Notes: generated by a model not told the origin, from the sequence alone. DNA of 64,000 bases from Lepidodermella squamata (GCA_047495785.1 JBLDXI010000055.1:1116001-1180000); one strand, 5' to 3'. Positions 11,496 through 24,686 are shown, counted from the stretch's first letter. Translations and numbers: made by a program.

Positions 11496-12752
11496 ATGCC
11501 TTTTGATGCCCGATCGCTGGTAAACGAGCCTAGCATGGCTAATTGCCTCGAACGCACCTTGTTTGAAGCAATAGCATGCGATCCGCCGCCTTCTGGAGTA
11601 GGCTGTGCACTGGCCAACCTCATTGAGGGTTATCAGCTGAGTCCGGATTACGTTTTTAACAGCCAGTTTGCCTTGGCTAAAAAAGTCTTCGGCAAACCTC
11701 TGCTTTACCTTGCGGTCCTGTTCGATCGAGCTGATATCGTTGCGGTTTTGGTGAGAAATGGCTGCGGCGCAACTACTAAATGTTCACGCGAGTTATATGC
11801 TTATGAATCGGCTAAGGAGGATCCATTCAAGCGAACCGTGCTATTTCAGAGCCTTTCCACGGCCAGTGTACCTGTTTTCAACGTGAGTTGATTCTTTTTT
11901 AGGCAAATCGAAATATTCATGGTCAACAAATGACATGCAGATGTTGATTCAAGCCCCCATGGAAAGCGAGGATCTTGTCGATTCACAGAAATGTTCGCTG
12001 CTGTGGCATGCTGTCAGCATGGCTAAAAATGATAAAACCTACGCTATTTTGGACTCCAATGTGGGATCGCAGTTGGTTGACCTGCCAGACGAGCATGGCG
12101 CCCGTCCTTTACACATCGCTGCAGTTAATAATAATGCCGTGGCAGCCGATATGATTCTGATGGGTGGCGGAAAAGTTGATGCGATTCAGCACGAGGGACT
12201 AACAGCTTTATGTATCGCTGCTAAACGAGGAGCTATTTCTGTAATGAAGGTTTGATTCATACCCTTTCAAAATTCTTCAATTAGTCATGTTTCATCCTGC
12301 AGACGCTGCTTATGCACGGAGCTGATCCAAATTTTCAACCATTGGAAAGCGTCATATTCGATGAAGAATTGTCTTGCGTGAAGGCTGTGGAATATTATCG
12401 CAAAAATTACGCAAGCGATCCAGCAATGAAATGTCCTGGTGTCATGGCGGTTTTGCCTCCCGCTCCGTTCCGCAAAACTCCGGAGCAAGTTTGTATCACG
12501 CTGTCGATTTTATTGGCGTGCGGTGCCAGGCTACCTCCCTCGTTTGATCTACCCCCATTTATACCTCATTCAGTCATTAAACAACGTCAGCAGCCTACGA
12601 AACTGCAAATGCAATGTGCTTTGGTCTTGCGCCGTCACCTTCTTGCCTGCAATTCTGGGCGCAGTATCAAGCTGATTGCACCTGATCTGAAGAATATCAT
12701 CCCAGGACCTTTGGTTGATTACATTTGTTTCGACTACTTATCGCAATTTTGA
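11496..12752 (+). CDS. Ankyrin-repeat and SOCS-box protein, copy 2 (3 exons)
   Basis: Paralog of copy 1 (shared MANCLER, YVFNSQF, FGKPLLYLA, DPFKRT, PFRKTPEQ); SOCS box PTKLQMQCALVLRRHL..IPGPLVDYICFD. Confidence 0.8.
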
Positions 12753-12821
12753 TTGGTTTAAATTGACATTTAATGAATAATTGTTGCTTGAACCACACCG
12801 TTAAATACCTATATATATATA

Positions 12822-13109
12822 CAGGGTGACTTTTTTATAGTGGCAATAATTCATGTTAGCAATAATTGCGTCTAGTACTGAATCATCTTTGTATGGCGAG
12901 TACTTGCATGTCGATTTCTCCAAACTTAACGAACTCGTGCTAGCAATAAAATTTTATGAATGGCCTGGTATTACGCGATAATTATCAGATAGAGTTTGAA
13001 GAGTTTGGAGAAATCGACTTTAGTGCAGTGCAAGTACTCGCAATACTAGACAGTACTAGTCCCGATTAATGCTAACAAAGATTATTTCCACTATAAAAAA
13101 GTCACCCTG
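12822..13109. mobile_element. Non-autonomous Tc1/mariner-type MITE (foldback, 288 bp)
   Basis: TIR CAGGGTGACTTTTTTATAGTGG ... CCACTATAAAAAAGTCACCCTG, TA on both flanks, further internal inverted blocks, no ORF. Confidence 0.9.
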
Positions 13110-13587
13110 TATATGCCTGATTGTTTTTGTCTTGAACCTTGAGCCTTGTTATGATGCGTTTATCTTTCTAATTAAGCAATAATGCTATAAAAAGTAACAC
13201 TTTTGTTGGCTATCATCCTGATTTGATCATGGATTTTCGCCACGTAAATCGATCATTCCGCCTGTGGCTGGCAGTAATTTGCTGTTGGTCGGCGAAATTA
13301 TCAAACCCGCATATATTTCCTTGATGAACTTTATATACTTATAAAAAAAAATTCGGTGAATGCGCTACCCATTTTGTATTTTTTGACTGACTGTTCATTA
13401 CCCGGTGTGTCTCCTGCTGACTGTAAGCATCACTTGATTGAAAAATAATTCACCGCGTCAGGTTCAAGTTGAACAGCCTGATTACCTCATCCGTCGGTAT
13501 TCCGGTAAAGTTGAAGTGATCAGTTTTCTTGGACATTTACTTTTGACAATAAAACATGATATGCGTAATCGAAATTTATTTCACTTC

Positions 13588-14148
13588 CTAAAGTTTTTTG
13601 TAAGTGGCGCAATTCTTGTTCAGCTCGCGAGTTCTGTTTCAAAGAAAACAATCATGCGATTGATAAGTGTAGCAAACGATAAGCTTACGCCATCATGACA
13701 AAGGTCTCCAGTGAAACTTTGTCCTCTTTCGACCCGCTCGGCCATTCATCGAATTCTTGAATGCCCAGACTCCGCATGGCGTGCTGGTATTGAGCTGCAG
13801 TAATTCTGCCTGAGTTGTTAGGATCTAACATGCCAAATACCGAACGTAGATTTGCTTGATCAAATAGACATGGATGATCCTGATTTAAACCGGTGACGCG
13901 GCCCTTCATCAGGTTTTCCAGATAGTGTATCATAAATTCTTTAGGATTCTCTGAACATGTAACATGCTTGTTCATATACGATTTCAAAGAGTATCCAATT
14001 GTTTACCTGGTCGACTGTAAACTATTTGTGATACCATCCAACCAAAAAGCTCCTGGATTTTGTGCTTTTTCAGGTAATCGTCAGCTGAATCTTTCACAGG
14101 CCATGCTGAGTAAGATGGCTTCTCCACGTTGTTGAAGTTATTTGTCAT
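13588..14148 (-). CDS. EFCAB10: EF-hand calcium-binding domain protein 10-like (3 exons)
   Basis: YLKKHKIQELF..VYSRP/ENPKEFMIHYLE (docking-domain-like), LFDQANLRSVFGMLDPNNSGRIT..AMRSLGI; last exon TRELNKNCATYKKL*. Confidence 0.8.
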
Positions 14149-15971
14149 TGTTTTATATCTTATAAATATTTCTAGGTATATAGATGGAGAAAATGAAGAT
14201 AAAGCATCCTGCTCCCTGCAATGAGTGTTGGCTTATCTACAAGTAGTAGCCGGTGTCTCATCACGGAAACAACACACTATTAGGTTCACGATGCAGAATC
14301 GCAGCAAAATAGCAAATTATTTTCATTAAGCCTTGTCCTTTCATGAACTAGATGGCTAGTCGCGTTTTTTTTACAATAAATTAAAACCAGCAAAATATAT
14401 AATTGAGGCAAAATTAGGGGTAGTCAATCACGGCGGATCGAATGGCAGCGGCCATTTGGACCGATGTTGCATCATTAACGCCCAATTAAGACATGCGTTG
14501 CAAATAGGACTTTTGGTGCAACATTCTCCATCAGACGGAGTGTTCAATTCAGAACTCATGCTTAGCCTAAAATTACCTAAAATTTGCAGAAGCTCAACGA
14601 TGAATTGATACGCCTTCAGCCCTTCAGCAGCAGGGCTCTACAGGCTCTACAAGCGGAACGCAGGAGCATACTTGACAACCATGGTTGCTAGGCAAAATCA
14701 AAATTTCAATTTTAAAGCAATCAAACATGCTATTATTAAAATAATTATTTCTGCCTATCCAGCTCAACAAAAAATTAATAGCAAAAAATTGACGACTTGC
14801 ATTAAGGAAGAAAAACGATTTGTTGCGGTGGTTCACTTCACATCAGCTGAGGACTTTCAACTCACTTCGAAGTCCTATGTAGAGGCGGAGAGATAGGAAA
14901 TAGAGGACCATTTTTATTTGCTTTCTAGGAAATGCGAACGATTTAACGGCGAGGATTGGCCGATATTCTGGGCAATAACGCTGTGAATTTCAAAGCAAAG
15001 AATTTCAAAGTGTAGTTTCGAACCAAAATCTCAATTTTTCTTGTTCATTCCGTCAGCTTTTTGCTACTTTTTGTCAAGTTGCGATGCATTCTCTCAGCTC
15101 AGGCTCCCTAGTGCGAACAGCTGAAATGAAAATCCACCGAAAACTGCTCCTACCCGTGGCCCCTGCTGTGAGTGTTAAGAAGAGATTCTCGCATGGTTCA
15201 AAGTCTGAATTTTAAATCAGGTCATCTTTCAGTCTTAATTTGTATATGAGCTCACTCACTCACTTGAACGCTAAGATAATGGGCCTTCGAACAATAGTGA
15301 CACCTGGGTGAGAGGGCCCGGGGGAGTTAGCCTCCTGAAAGAGTTCTCCACCCAAGTATGGAGCAATTTCAAGCTATTCTTGCAGAAAAATCCATAGAAA
15401 CAGCGCTAGCGTAAGCCCGCTTCTTTTGCATTACGCCAAGCACTTCATAGTTGTCTGCATTTGCGCTTGGAATATAGAATTCACAGCTTTTAAATAATGG
15501 CAGCTATCTCAAGGATCACAGGTCAACTCAATAATTAAAACGTTGCGAAACTACAATAAGCGGGAAGAGATGGGGCAGTTTAATTGGAACCAAGTAGTGA
15601 AGGTTGTACGAAGTCCCCGTGGCGAAGAATTGAATTCTGAAAGATAAGGGAAGTTCCAAATTTAAGTATTTCCAAGCTAGCCCTTGAGTAATTTTCTCTG
15701 AAAATAAGTTCAGCTACTGCTTGCTTTGCTTTTCAAAATATCATAGATTTTAACCCCTGTTATAGCCTTTCATGCTCCCAGCAAAATTACGAAATTTTTC
15801 ATACCTGACTATTCTGGGATATGAGTCGGCGTTAGGGATAAAGTGCGTAATACTGGCTTTTAGGCAGGTCAAAAGTCAAACCACTGTTAAATGCGCAGCC
15901 TTCATTTTTGACGAGAAGCACGTTCTCGGGGATATTTTGTTCAAACAACCATCAAAAATAATATAATTGTT

Positions 15972-16305
15972 GTGCAAAATAATAATCGTGGTCATCGGTT
16001 CAGATTTAATGTACTTAACCCTAATAATAACTTTAAAAATCCTACGAAGCCTATATATAAAAATTACTTCTTAAATCGTATTGTAAATATATGGAATCGT
16101 TTACCGCCTCATATTTTTGACTTCGATGATAGCCTACCTCTTACTACGAAGAATGCTTTATTTAAAAATAATCTTAATCGTGTAAATTTATTGCAATACT
16201 GTAAAGGAAACTTAATATCAAAAAATAGTACACTATATGACAACTAATCGGGTTAGTGTAAGTGGCCTGCCCTTCTAATCCTGTAAATATTTTTTTACGA
16301 ATAAA

Positions 16306-16335
<30 letters not shown>
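15972..16335 (+). mobile_element. 5'-truncated CR1/L2-type LINE 3' end with (ATG)n tail
   Basis: NRGHRF..KNYFLNRIVNIWNRLP..LFKNNL resembles the ORF2 C-terminus of CR1-group LINEs; AATAAA at 16300, then (ATG)10 at 16306-16335. Confidence 0.75.
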
Positions 16336-16337
<2 letters not shown>

Positions 16338-16453
16338 TTCAATTTGAAATAATTATGAAATGCAAGGCCGGCTTGGTTACGACAAATTGTGACTGAATTT
16401 TTCTATTGCTTCGATTGGATTAGAAAAGATGAAAATTAGATAATTTGAACCCA

Positions 16454-16558
16454 TTCCGGGTTAAAGGTCGAGACCGGAAAACTTTCTGCCAGTCTGCTGG
16501 CGGCGGGCGGCGTCCCTGCCTTCGACCAGGTGGTCCAATAATATTCAATGATATATAA
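16454..16558 (+). promoter_or_regulatory. GC-rich putative promoter of ATP5PO (inverted ETS/GABP-like sites, GC box, CCAAT, TATA-like)
   Basis: TTCCGG 16454, CCGGAA 16474, GGGCGG ~16505, CCAAT 16535, ATATATAA ~16551, about 120-220 bp before the ATG. Confidence 0.35.
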
Positions 16559-16672
16559 CCTATGCGTGTTATGAATGCATTTTTGCAACTTCCTATCAAC
16601 CTGTTTTTATCTCATATCGATCAATCGCAAACTGTTTCGCTAACTAGGTGTGTTTTAGTATATAAAACAAAA

Positions 16673-17606
16673 ATGAACACGACACTCAATTTGGTGGTAT
16701 GTTTTTCCGAGTCACATTTTTATGAACCGTTTAAAATTTGAATTTAGCGCTCGTTTTCGATGTCGGCAATTCGCGGAAAATTGACTCAGGTCTGACTTTC
16801 TGTAGTAAATTACTTATCAAACTTAACTCCTCACTACAGGCTCCTATTCAAGTGTTCGGCTTGGAAGGTCGTTACGCACATGCTCTCTTCTCTGCAGCTG
16901 CAAAGCAGCAAAAACTCGATGCCGTAGAAAAGGATCTTCTGGTACTTGAGGTAAGGAAGCGAGTATTATTTCGATATGTCTATCGTTGCTTCGTATTTCA
17001 GGGCCTGCTGAGCAAAGACAAAATCTTTGCCCAGTTCATCCATAATCCCAGTGTTAAGCGAGCTACTAAGCGAGGTATGCGTCGAGTAATTCTAATTGGA
17101 AAAGACTAAAGACTGTTTTCTAGATGCCATCGAAATGGTTTCGAAAAAGAGCAACTTCTCCGAGTTGACCAAGAACACTCTGAGTAAATTAATTTTGTTA
17201 GTGTCTGGTTTTTCACATTTTTCTCTTGTTTTTCTCAAGTTTTGATGGCAGAAAACGGTCGCGTTAGCAATGTGAAGAAAGTTGTTTCCGCTTACAAGCA
17301 GATCATGAGCGCGCAGCGTGGCGAGGTTACTTGCGTTGTCACCGTCGCTAAGGTATTTTTTAACTGTCCAATTTTCGCATCATTAATATGCTAATTCACG
17401 CTCAGGCTCTCGAGGGCTCCCACCGCAAAGAACTGGAAGATTCACTCAAGGGCTTCCTGCAGTCTGGACAAAAACTGTACATGGAAGTTAAAGTCGATCC
17501 GAAGATCGTTGGTGGAATGGTCGTTCAGATCGGCGATAAATACGTCGACATGTCAATTGCTACTAAGCTCCGCAAGTACGAAAGCGTTCTCCGTGAAGCC
17601 CTGTGA
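16673..17606 (+). CDS. ATP5PO: ATP synthase subunit O (OSCP), mitochondrial, multi-exon
   Basis: APIQVFGLEGRYAHALFSAA, MAENGR, KVDPKIVGGMVVQIGDKYVDMSIATK. Confidence 0.95.
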
Positions 17607-17880
17607 AAGATGACCGACAGAACTAATGAATAAACCCTCACGCAAAATAATGTAAACAGATACATCATGAAAACGTGTTCCCTGTGTCAAGATTGCACCT
17701 AAGCTGTACCCTGATATCTTCTATCCTCGGCGCCATTGCGTGAAAGATGATTCGACTGCCTGATGATTAGAATGATGAATAAAACTATTTGGTAGTTACC
17801 ATTTTATTCCGTCAATTTTAAATTAATCTTTAGCAAACCATTGATTGGAATCATAAAATGAAGAATGTGAAAGAATAGCG

Positions 17881-19453
17881 TTACGACATTTTCAGTAAAT
17901 GGCACTTGGTGTCATCATGTAGAGTAGGAAATGTTCCAAGGGTCTCCACTTCTTTAAGAGTCATTATGTCGTATTTTGGAAGTTTGACTTCGTTCTTTAC
18001 AATCTTTTTGATCGCTTCGTCGACAATCTCTGCAAGTAAAACGAGTGAAGACAGTCAAGATTTACTACCATCAATATTAAATCTTACGCAAAAGCACTCC
18101 TTGGCGATAATTTGACAGCAACCAAGAGTGGTGATTGAAAAAGTGAAGGGAGGAAGATTTATGAAAAAGCGCCGCTGATTCGGGTGGGTTAAGCTGCAAT
18201 GCGGGCTCAGTGGTAAGCCATTTACCGAAAGGTGCCAGACAGTTGATAAGCTCGTATTTTTCTGGCTTCCATGACCCTTCGTCGCCATTCTGAATGTCCG
18301 AAGAACCGACTAAAAAACAACAAAACATGAATTGTCACCGTAAATGGGCAATGAGATTCCCAATGCAAAAATGACACGAATTGGAAATAAACTTTTCCAA
18401 GGGTAAGCCCTTTTGTAAAGTAGGTACCGAAAAATGACTAAGAAGGCGGCAATGGCGAGTGGAAGAAATTCATTATTTCCCTACGCTCTAGTTCTCCTAT
18501 ATCAAGGTAGACACGTGATGCCGTAAAAGGTCCCAATAGTCATTCAGGGCTGATAATTTACTAACTCGGTAGAACAATAGGCATCGAACTCTTTTTTGGC
18601 TTGGATGAAGACCCTTATACTTCTTCAAGGTTTCATGCATGTGAGCATTTCTATTAACGGCAAAGCTAACCTCCGTTGTCAATAACGATGTCGACTCCCA
18701 GATCGCACGTTTCATCTGAAACAAATCTTTCCAGGCACTTCCAACCAGAAACACCGACGTTTGCAACTTTAACTAAACAGAAATACATTATATTATATGA
18801 ATAAATATATTAGTGAAAGCTAGCGAGACCTTTCTCAATATTTTGAAAGTACTGTTCCTCCTCGATGTTTTGAACTGTTGTCAAAACTTTGCATCCGCAT
18901 TGGATGGCGAGCTGAATCATTATGTAGTTATCCGCCTTGGCACCATCCAAGATTAGTAAGCTTTGCCCGGGGATGGCAGCGGCTATGATTGCAAGGCCTA
19001 TGTAGCCACGAATAGCGCCCTGCAACCCCAAGATTACTTCAAATGCATCAGCATTTTCTGGTAAATTTCCAACGTTGCAAATCGGAAGAGGCAAAAATTC
19101 TGGCAGGTGCGGCTCACGATCGATTGGAAGAAGACCTTTATCCATGGGGAGAACTGTAAAACGCAGAGGCAACGCAGAGGCAAAACGGGATTTCATTACC
19201 TACTACCCATGAACCAGTTTTGAAGCTGCCTTTCTCATTCTGAACCAGTCCAATGACGTCAGGGATGACTATTTTATCGCCAATCTATATCAGAAGCAAG
19301 TTGGCAAGAATAAAAAAATTGAAAAATAAAAATTTCAACTACCGTGATTATACTTGCAGCTTTCACTTGAATGACTATTTCTTCAGGTTGAGGTCGCTGA
19401 GGGTCAACATATTTCACAAATACTTGATTAGATTTGTAATCGATTGCTTTCAT
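17881..19453 (-). CDS. CRYZL1: Quinone oxidoreductase-like protein 1 (zeta-crystallin-like 1), multi-exon
   Basis: IVIQVKAA, PGQSLLILDGA..IQLAIQCGCKVLTT, KYELINCLAPFGKWLTTEPALQLNPPESAALFHKSSSLHF. Confidence 0.75.
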
Positions 19454-21694
19454 TTGTAAGTAAAAACTATTTCCAAGCAAAACATAAGTACAAGTGTTTA
19501 AAATTCAGATGTACCTTTCGATCTTAAACTTGTTAAAAGATATATCTAAAGTCAAATATGAGAAATGAACACGTGAAAGCAGAAGTGACACGCGGTACAA
19601 AAAGGGAGCTTGATTTTTGCGACAAAAATATCCATGATGAATCCGGTGCTTGACAGATTGGTCCTGAAGACTATATATTCAGGATCGGGATATATTTTCA
19701 TGGCATCCTAATACATTCAATACAGTGCTATCGATATAAACGTCTCACATGGATTATTTTTAGATATAAAATGTAGCTGCGATTAACATTTACTGTCAGG
19801 AAATTCCAAGTATGATAGCCGAAGTCCCTTTCACCGTTACGGATCATTACGCTAAGATAGGGAACGATAAATATGCAACGCCCTAATAAATCGAGACACG
19901 AACCGAATAATGAACAACAAACGCCTATTTTAATGGTTGTCATCTATTAGTTTCATGGGCAACGCGGAATCAACAGCTATTTACAAGATATGACGATCAA
20001 GCCGTTAATGTTCCAATGAAGGTTATTATCCGTCAAATTATTATAATCAACGCAAGATTTTCAAGGCTAGTGCCGCAAAAGTTGCGAGCTGCGACTCAAT
20101 TTTGATTTCAAGTAATCCCAAACGTCAAGAACCAAGTAGATAAGCATTGGACTAAGTTGGCCACGATCCGCGCAACAATTTTGAAGTTCAGCCCGGCAAA
20201 ACATTTGTCAAGGTCATTGTGAAGTTACATCGCATATCATTTATTCTTAACTAAAAACTAGTATTCCAAAAATTGTAATAATTTGCCGCATTGAAAAATG
20301 ATCTTACGTCCCTTGTTAGTTTCAATCCAAATCCAAAAGCTTTGACCTCTTGCCTTCAATCTCTTGGTTAGTTAGTTGATGCGTCCTTTGCCGCATGTGA
20401 AAGTTCGCACTTATTTTTTCGATTATAATTATATTTCCAAGCCGTGAATCTAGCTGGCACGTGACTGTAGTTCATTCTTTATTCTAAGGAGCACTCGGTG
20501 CTCTGGACTATCGCTGACACATAATCCTAAAGATCACGGATATGTAGGGACGCTTTTTCCTTGCCCTTTCGCTTTCGCTGAAGTGAGCAAATCGCAAGCT
20601 AATGCTACAGGAAAGTATTGGTCTGGTTTTTAAATACATTTATATACATTTATGGTCAGTACCGCCTCTCTCTTTGACATTGGGAAGTGGGAATTCTAAA
20701 TAACTGATAAAAGCTCTTCGATACCGTCAAGGTTAATTCATAACAACAGTATGACCTACTTAACTATTGTTGGCTTGTACTCCAGGGACCAGTTATTAGT
20801 GCTCAAGTAGCAGGGGGCTCTTCCAATTACTGGTAATACCATAAAGACTACAGCTTTTAGAGAAAAATGCTGGCGGGGCTTGAATTGCAAGCGTTGGATC
20901 ACGCTTCATAAGTGTATAAAGTTTATGAAAATATAAATGAGTATTCTTATCTGTCAAATTACACCGAATGCTTAACTATGGCGCAGGTAATTCTTGAGCG
21001 TCAGGATTGCAATTTGCGATGTCTCGACAACCCTCAATTTTGCTTTGAACTAAGAATATTGATGTCCAAATTTTAAATCATTAGAATAATATTCTTTTTT
21101 TCAAGAGTTTTAGGCATGAACCCCTTTAAAACCGTAGCCAAAGTTTCCGCTCAAATAGGCTGGCTGGTTTCGCTAAAATAAAAATAGTGCGCTCGTTGCT
21201 CGTAGTTTATCGCATAGGCATTCTGTTAAAAGAAGCGAGTGATCGTGAACAGTGAAAAGTTCGTATAACAAGGCACCTGCCTTTAATTCCGGCCCTGTCT
21301 ATTATTTAGGTGTGTCCCAAGTTTAGTAAATGCGGTATTTACTACTATATGTCGAAGACAGAGGAAAAACTGGTGTTCTGCCGCTGGGAGCTAGTATCTG
21401 GAACCTAAGCTAGCCACAATTACTGGCTAAGTATTTTACATTGAATTCCGGCCTTTTTACAGTATTGCTTCTCGACCTTTACCCATATATTGAAAGGAAA
21501 ATTTTCAAAATTAATATTATGACCCAATCTACACTTCATATCTCTACGCACAGATTGATTTCAAAAGAGAAAAATGCTCACTAAATCTCAACTCGTGGAT
21601 GCGCGGCCAATAATTTTCTAATCGGGCTTAAAATTGTCGATTTTCGTTTGACGCTGCATAATTTCTATATAGGGTTTTACTTGACATTTCAACT

Positions 21695-24686
21695 ATGGCC
21701 AATCGTACAGCGTCATTGTTCTCAAGGTCTACGAAAGATGCCGACAAGAAGAGACATATTTTTTCGGGTCATCATTGTAAGTTTTCTACTATCTGCTTAG
21801 TCTTGTTGAAATCTGAATGTTCAACATTTGAAGACTGAAGATTATATTAAGAGAATGTTCTGTATATCCGCGAATCTACCCTAGTCAGGTTATTCAATGT
21901 CCTGAGCTTCTTAGAGAGTGAGCTGGCGAGACTGACAAATAAGAAAATAAAAACAGTGTTAATGCTTGTTAGAAATAGCTGATGGATTTGTATATGCAGA
22001 GATGAAGTGAAACTTACATATTTGACCGCAGTCACATTGGCTTTACAGATGTTTGTTGAGATCTTGGAATCTTCGCTTTGGCAGCAATGGTATCAGCCTT
22101 GACCGGGATGATGGAGGAAAGTGAATTGCTGATTTATCTAAATCTTGATAGGGCTCGTTTTATAGCAGTTCTGAATTCGCGCTGCAAAAAGTATAAAAAC
22201 TTATGGACTGGCAAATCCATTTGTAGCATAGAATCAAGCCTGTCAAGTTTTAATACGCGTCAAATTTGCGAGGGACTAAGAAAATAACAATCGTTGGCGG
22301 TGAATATTATATAATGCTCATTATACGAACAGCGCAAAATCAATATGATCATTTTAACGCATGACTATCACGTCCTGCGTCTCTTATACGGCTTGTAACG
22401 TCGAAATCGATGCTTTTTCTCATATCGCTATCCTGCGGTTCTGCATATACTTTCAGCATTAATTATTGCATTGTGATTTCTGCTATCTGTCGAAAAGGCT
22501 GAAGCTCGTATACAAAGTTCATTTAAAATTGTGAAATTATCTTATGACGATGACTCAATTTATCCATCTTTTTGCATATTTAATATATTTGCCGTCCATT
22601 CATATGAACTATACTCTCGGTGGAAAACTTACTTGGCCTCCGGGTTTATGGTGAATCGATATTGGTCGATTTTTATGGTTGTGTCGTAGTATTGGATTAA
22701 ATAATGTTTTCCTCGTCACGCTTCGCGTTATGCTAGCTGAGGCAATGCGTAAGTTTTCGCGTATTTATATAAAACACACTTCCGCATTCAGCTGTGCAGT
22801 AGAATGAAGCCATCAGAATCGAAGCATCTCACTTTGTTATATAGCCGGGTTTTGACGTGGCGCACTTATTATAAAAGTTCTACGATATTATTATATTACT
22901 ACCGTAATACAAATAGCTAGTAGTATAGAGCCAGCTATGTTTTTGAATATATATTGCTGGCCTTTTTAGTTCAACAGAAGCACTACAGAAAGCAAACCTT
23001 ATATGCGTTCGTATTTCTGCTCTCACAGTTGTTCCATTCCGACTCTTATCAAATTTAGCTATTTATAATGCTTCAAAAACTCAAAAAGAGAATCAGGTCG
23101 TCTTCCGACGCCAGCAAAATTCGGAGTGGTAAAAAACAAGACTGTTAGTCGGCGGTGGAACCAGCTAAATTTTATGATCCATATTACGTTTATTTTTCAG
23201 CTTTGTCCAGCGATCCAAATCGGCCGCATGGCCCTCCACTCTTACCACATACGTCATCAACAGCTACTCTGGATGGCCCCGATTTTGCCGAGTTCTTCAA
23301 GCAGCATACTTGTTATGGTAATGCTAATCCTACTTGAATCGTTTTTTGCTTAACAGAAAATTTTACAGATTTGGTTCCGACGTCTTCGAAGATCGTGGTG
23401 CTGGACACTACTCTGTCAGCTAGAAAAGCGTTTTACGCTCTCATTCACAACAGGTAGGTTCATAAGTCAACCATCAGAGTTGAATTACATCATCTCCGCG
23501 TCATCTGTCGTAGTAATCAAAGGGCTAATGAACGGTACTTACATTGTTAGACATACGTATTCTTAAGTTGATTGGGCAAATTCACATTCAGTGAGTTGCG
23601 AGAAAGTCACGACCCACCATTTGACAGCCTTCCGGATTCGAAATAATTTTCAATTTTTTCACTAGCGTTCGAGCCGGTATCTTATGGTCTTCTGTGCAAG
23701 GCCAATTTACTGGTCTGTTGACCATCACCGATTTCATCCGCGTTATTTTGGATCACTGGGACAAACTCACACCTGATCAGCAATCAGCCAGTTCGGCACA
23801 ACACGCCGCTGGTTTGGCTGCCATCGAAGAGCAAACTCTCGATGAATGGCGAGCTGCCAAAAATCCATCGATCGAGAAAATTCGTCCGGCCCAATTTACG
23901 TGGATATCTGCTCAGGACTCGATGATGACTGCCCTTCAGACATTTTCGCACAATCGGATCCATCGCCTGCCGGTGATCGACACTGAAACAGGCAATGTCG
24001 TCTCGGTTCTTAGCCACAAGCGAATCCTTAAGTTTTTCCACATGTGTCTCCACTCGTTGTTTCCGTCATATCACGCGCCGCTGATCGGAAAGGACGGAAA
24101 AAGTTCCCGATCCCAATCTCCGACTCAGTCGACAGAAAATCGTGGAAGTACCACGTTGAGCCATCCCCTTTTAAGTCGAAAATTGAACGAGTTGGGAGTA
24201 GGGACGTATGGCGAGAAGATGCTGATGGCTTACCCAGATGAAAGCATTGCAGTTGTACTGCGTAGGATGATCGATGCCCGAGTTTCGGCTCTTCCCGTTC
24301 TAGAACGCTCCACCGGCAAAATCCTATCTGTCTATTCACGATTCGATGCAATCTTCCTCGCTGCCGATGGTTCTTATGCCCAACTTTCAACCCCGCTTTC
24401 CCAAGCCATTGCCAAACGTCCGAGCCGGACCGCCGGCCTAATGCAAGCAGTTTTGACCTGCCGACCGGACGAACCTCTCGGTGTAGTTGTGGATCGATTT
24501 GTCACCGAGCAAGTTCACCGTCTCATCATAGTTGACGATAGTGGTCGATTGACTGGCATTGTTTCACTTAGCGATGTTTTGCGCTGTCTGGCCGGTATGA
24601 GCGGAATCCTTACTAAGCCGCCTCTTCTTTCTGTGCCGTCAGTCGACGAGCACAAACAGCAGCAGTATGAGCAAGATGTCGCGTGA
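21695..24686 (+). CDS. PRKAG: AMP-activated protein kinase gamma subunit (4 CBS); two candidate first exons (ATG 21695 and 23068)
   Basis: FFKQHTCYDLVPTSSKIVVLDT..KAFYALIHN, GLLTITDFI, IHRLPVID, HKRILKF, RVSALPV, YSRFD, VHRLIIVD, GIVSLSDVL. Confidence 0.9.
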
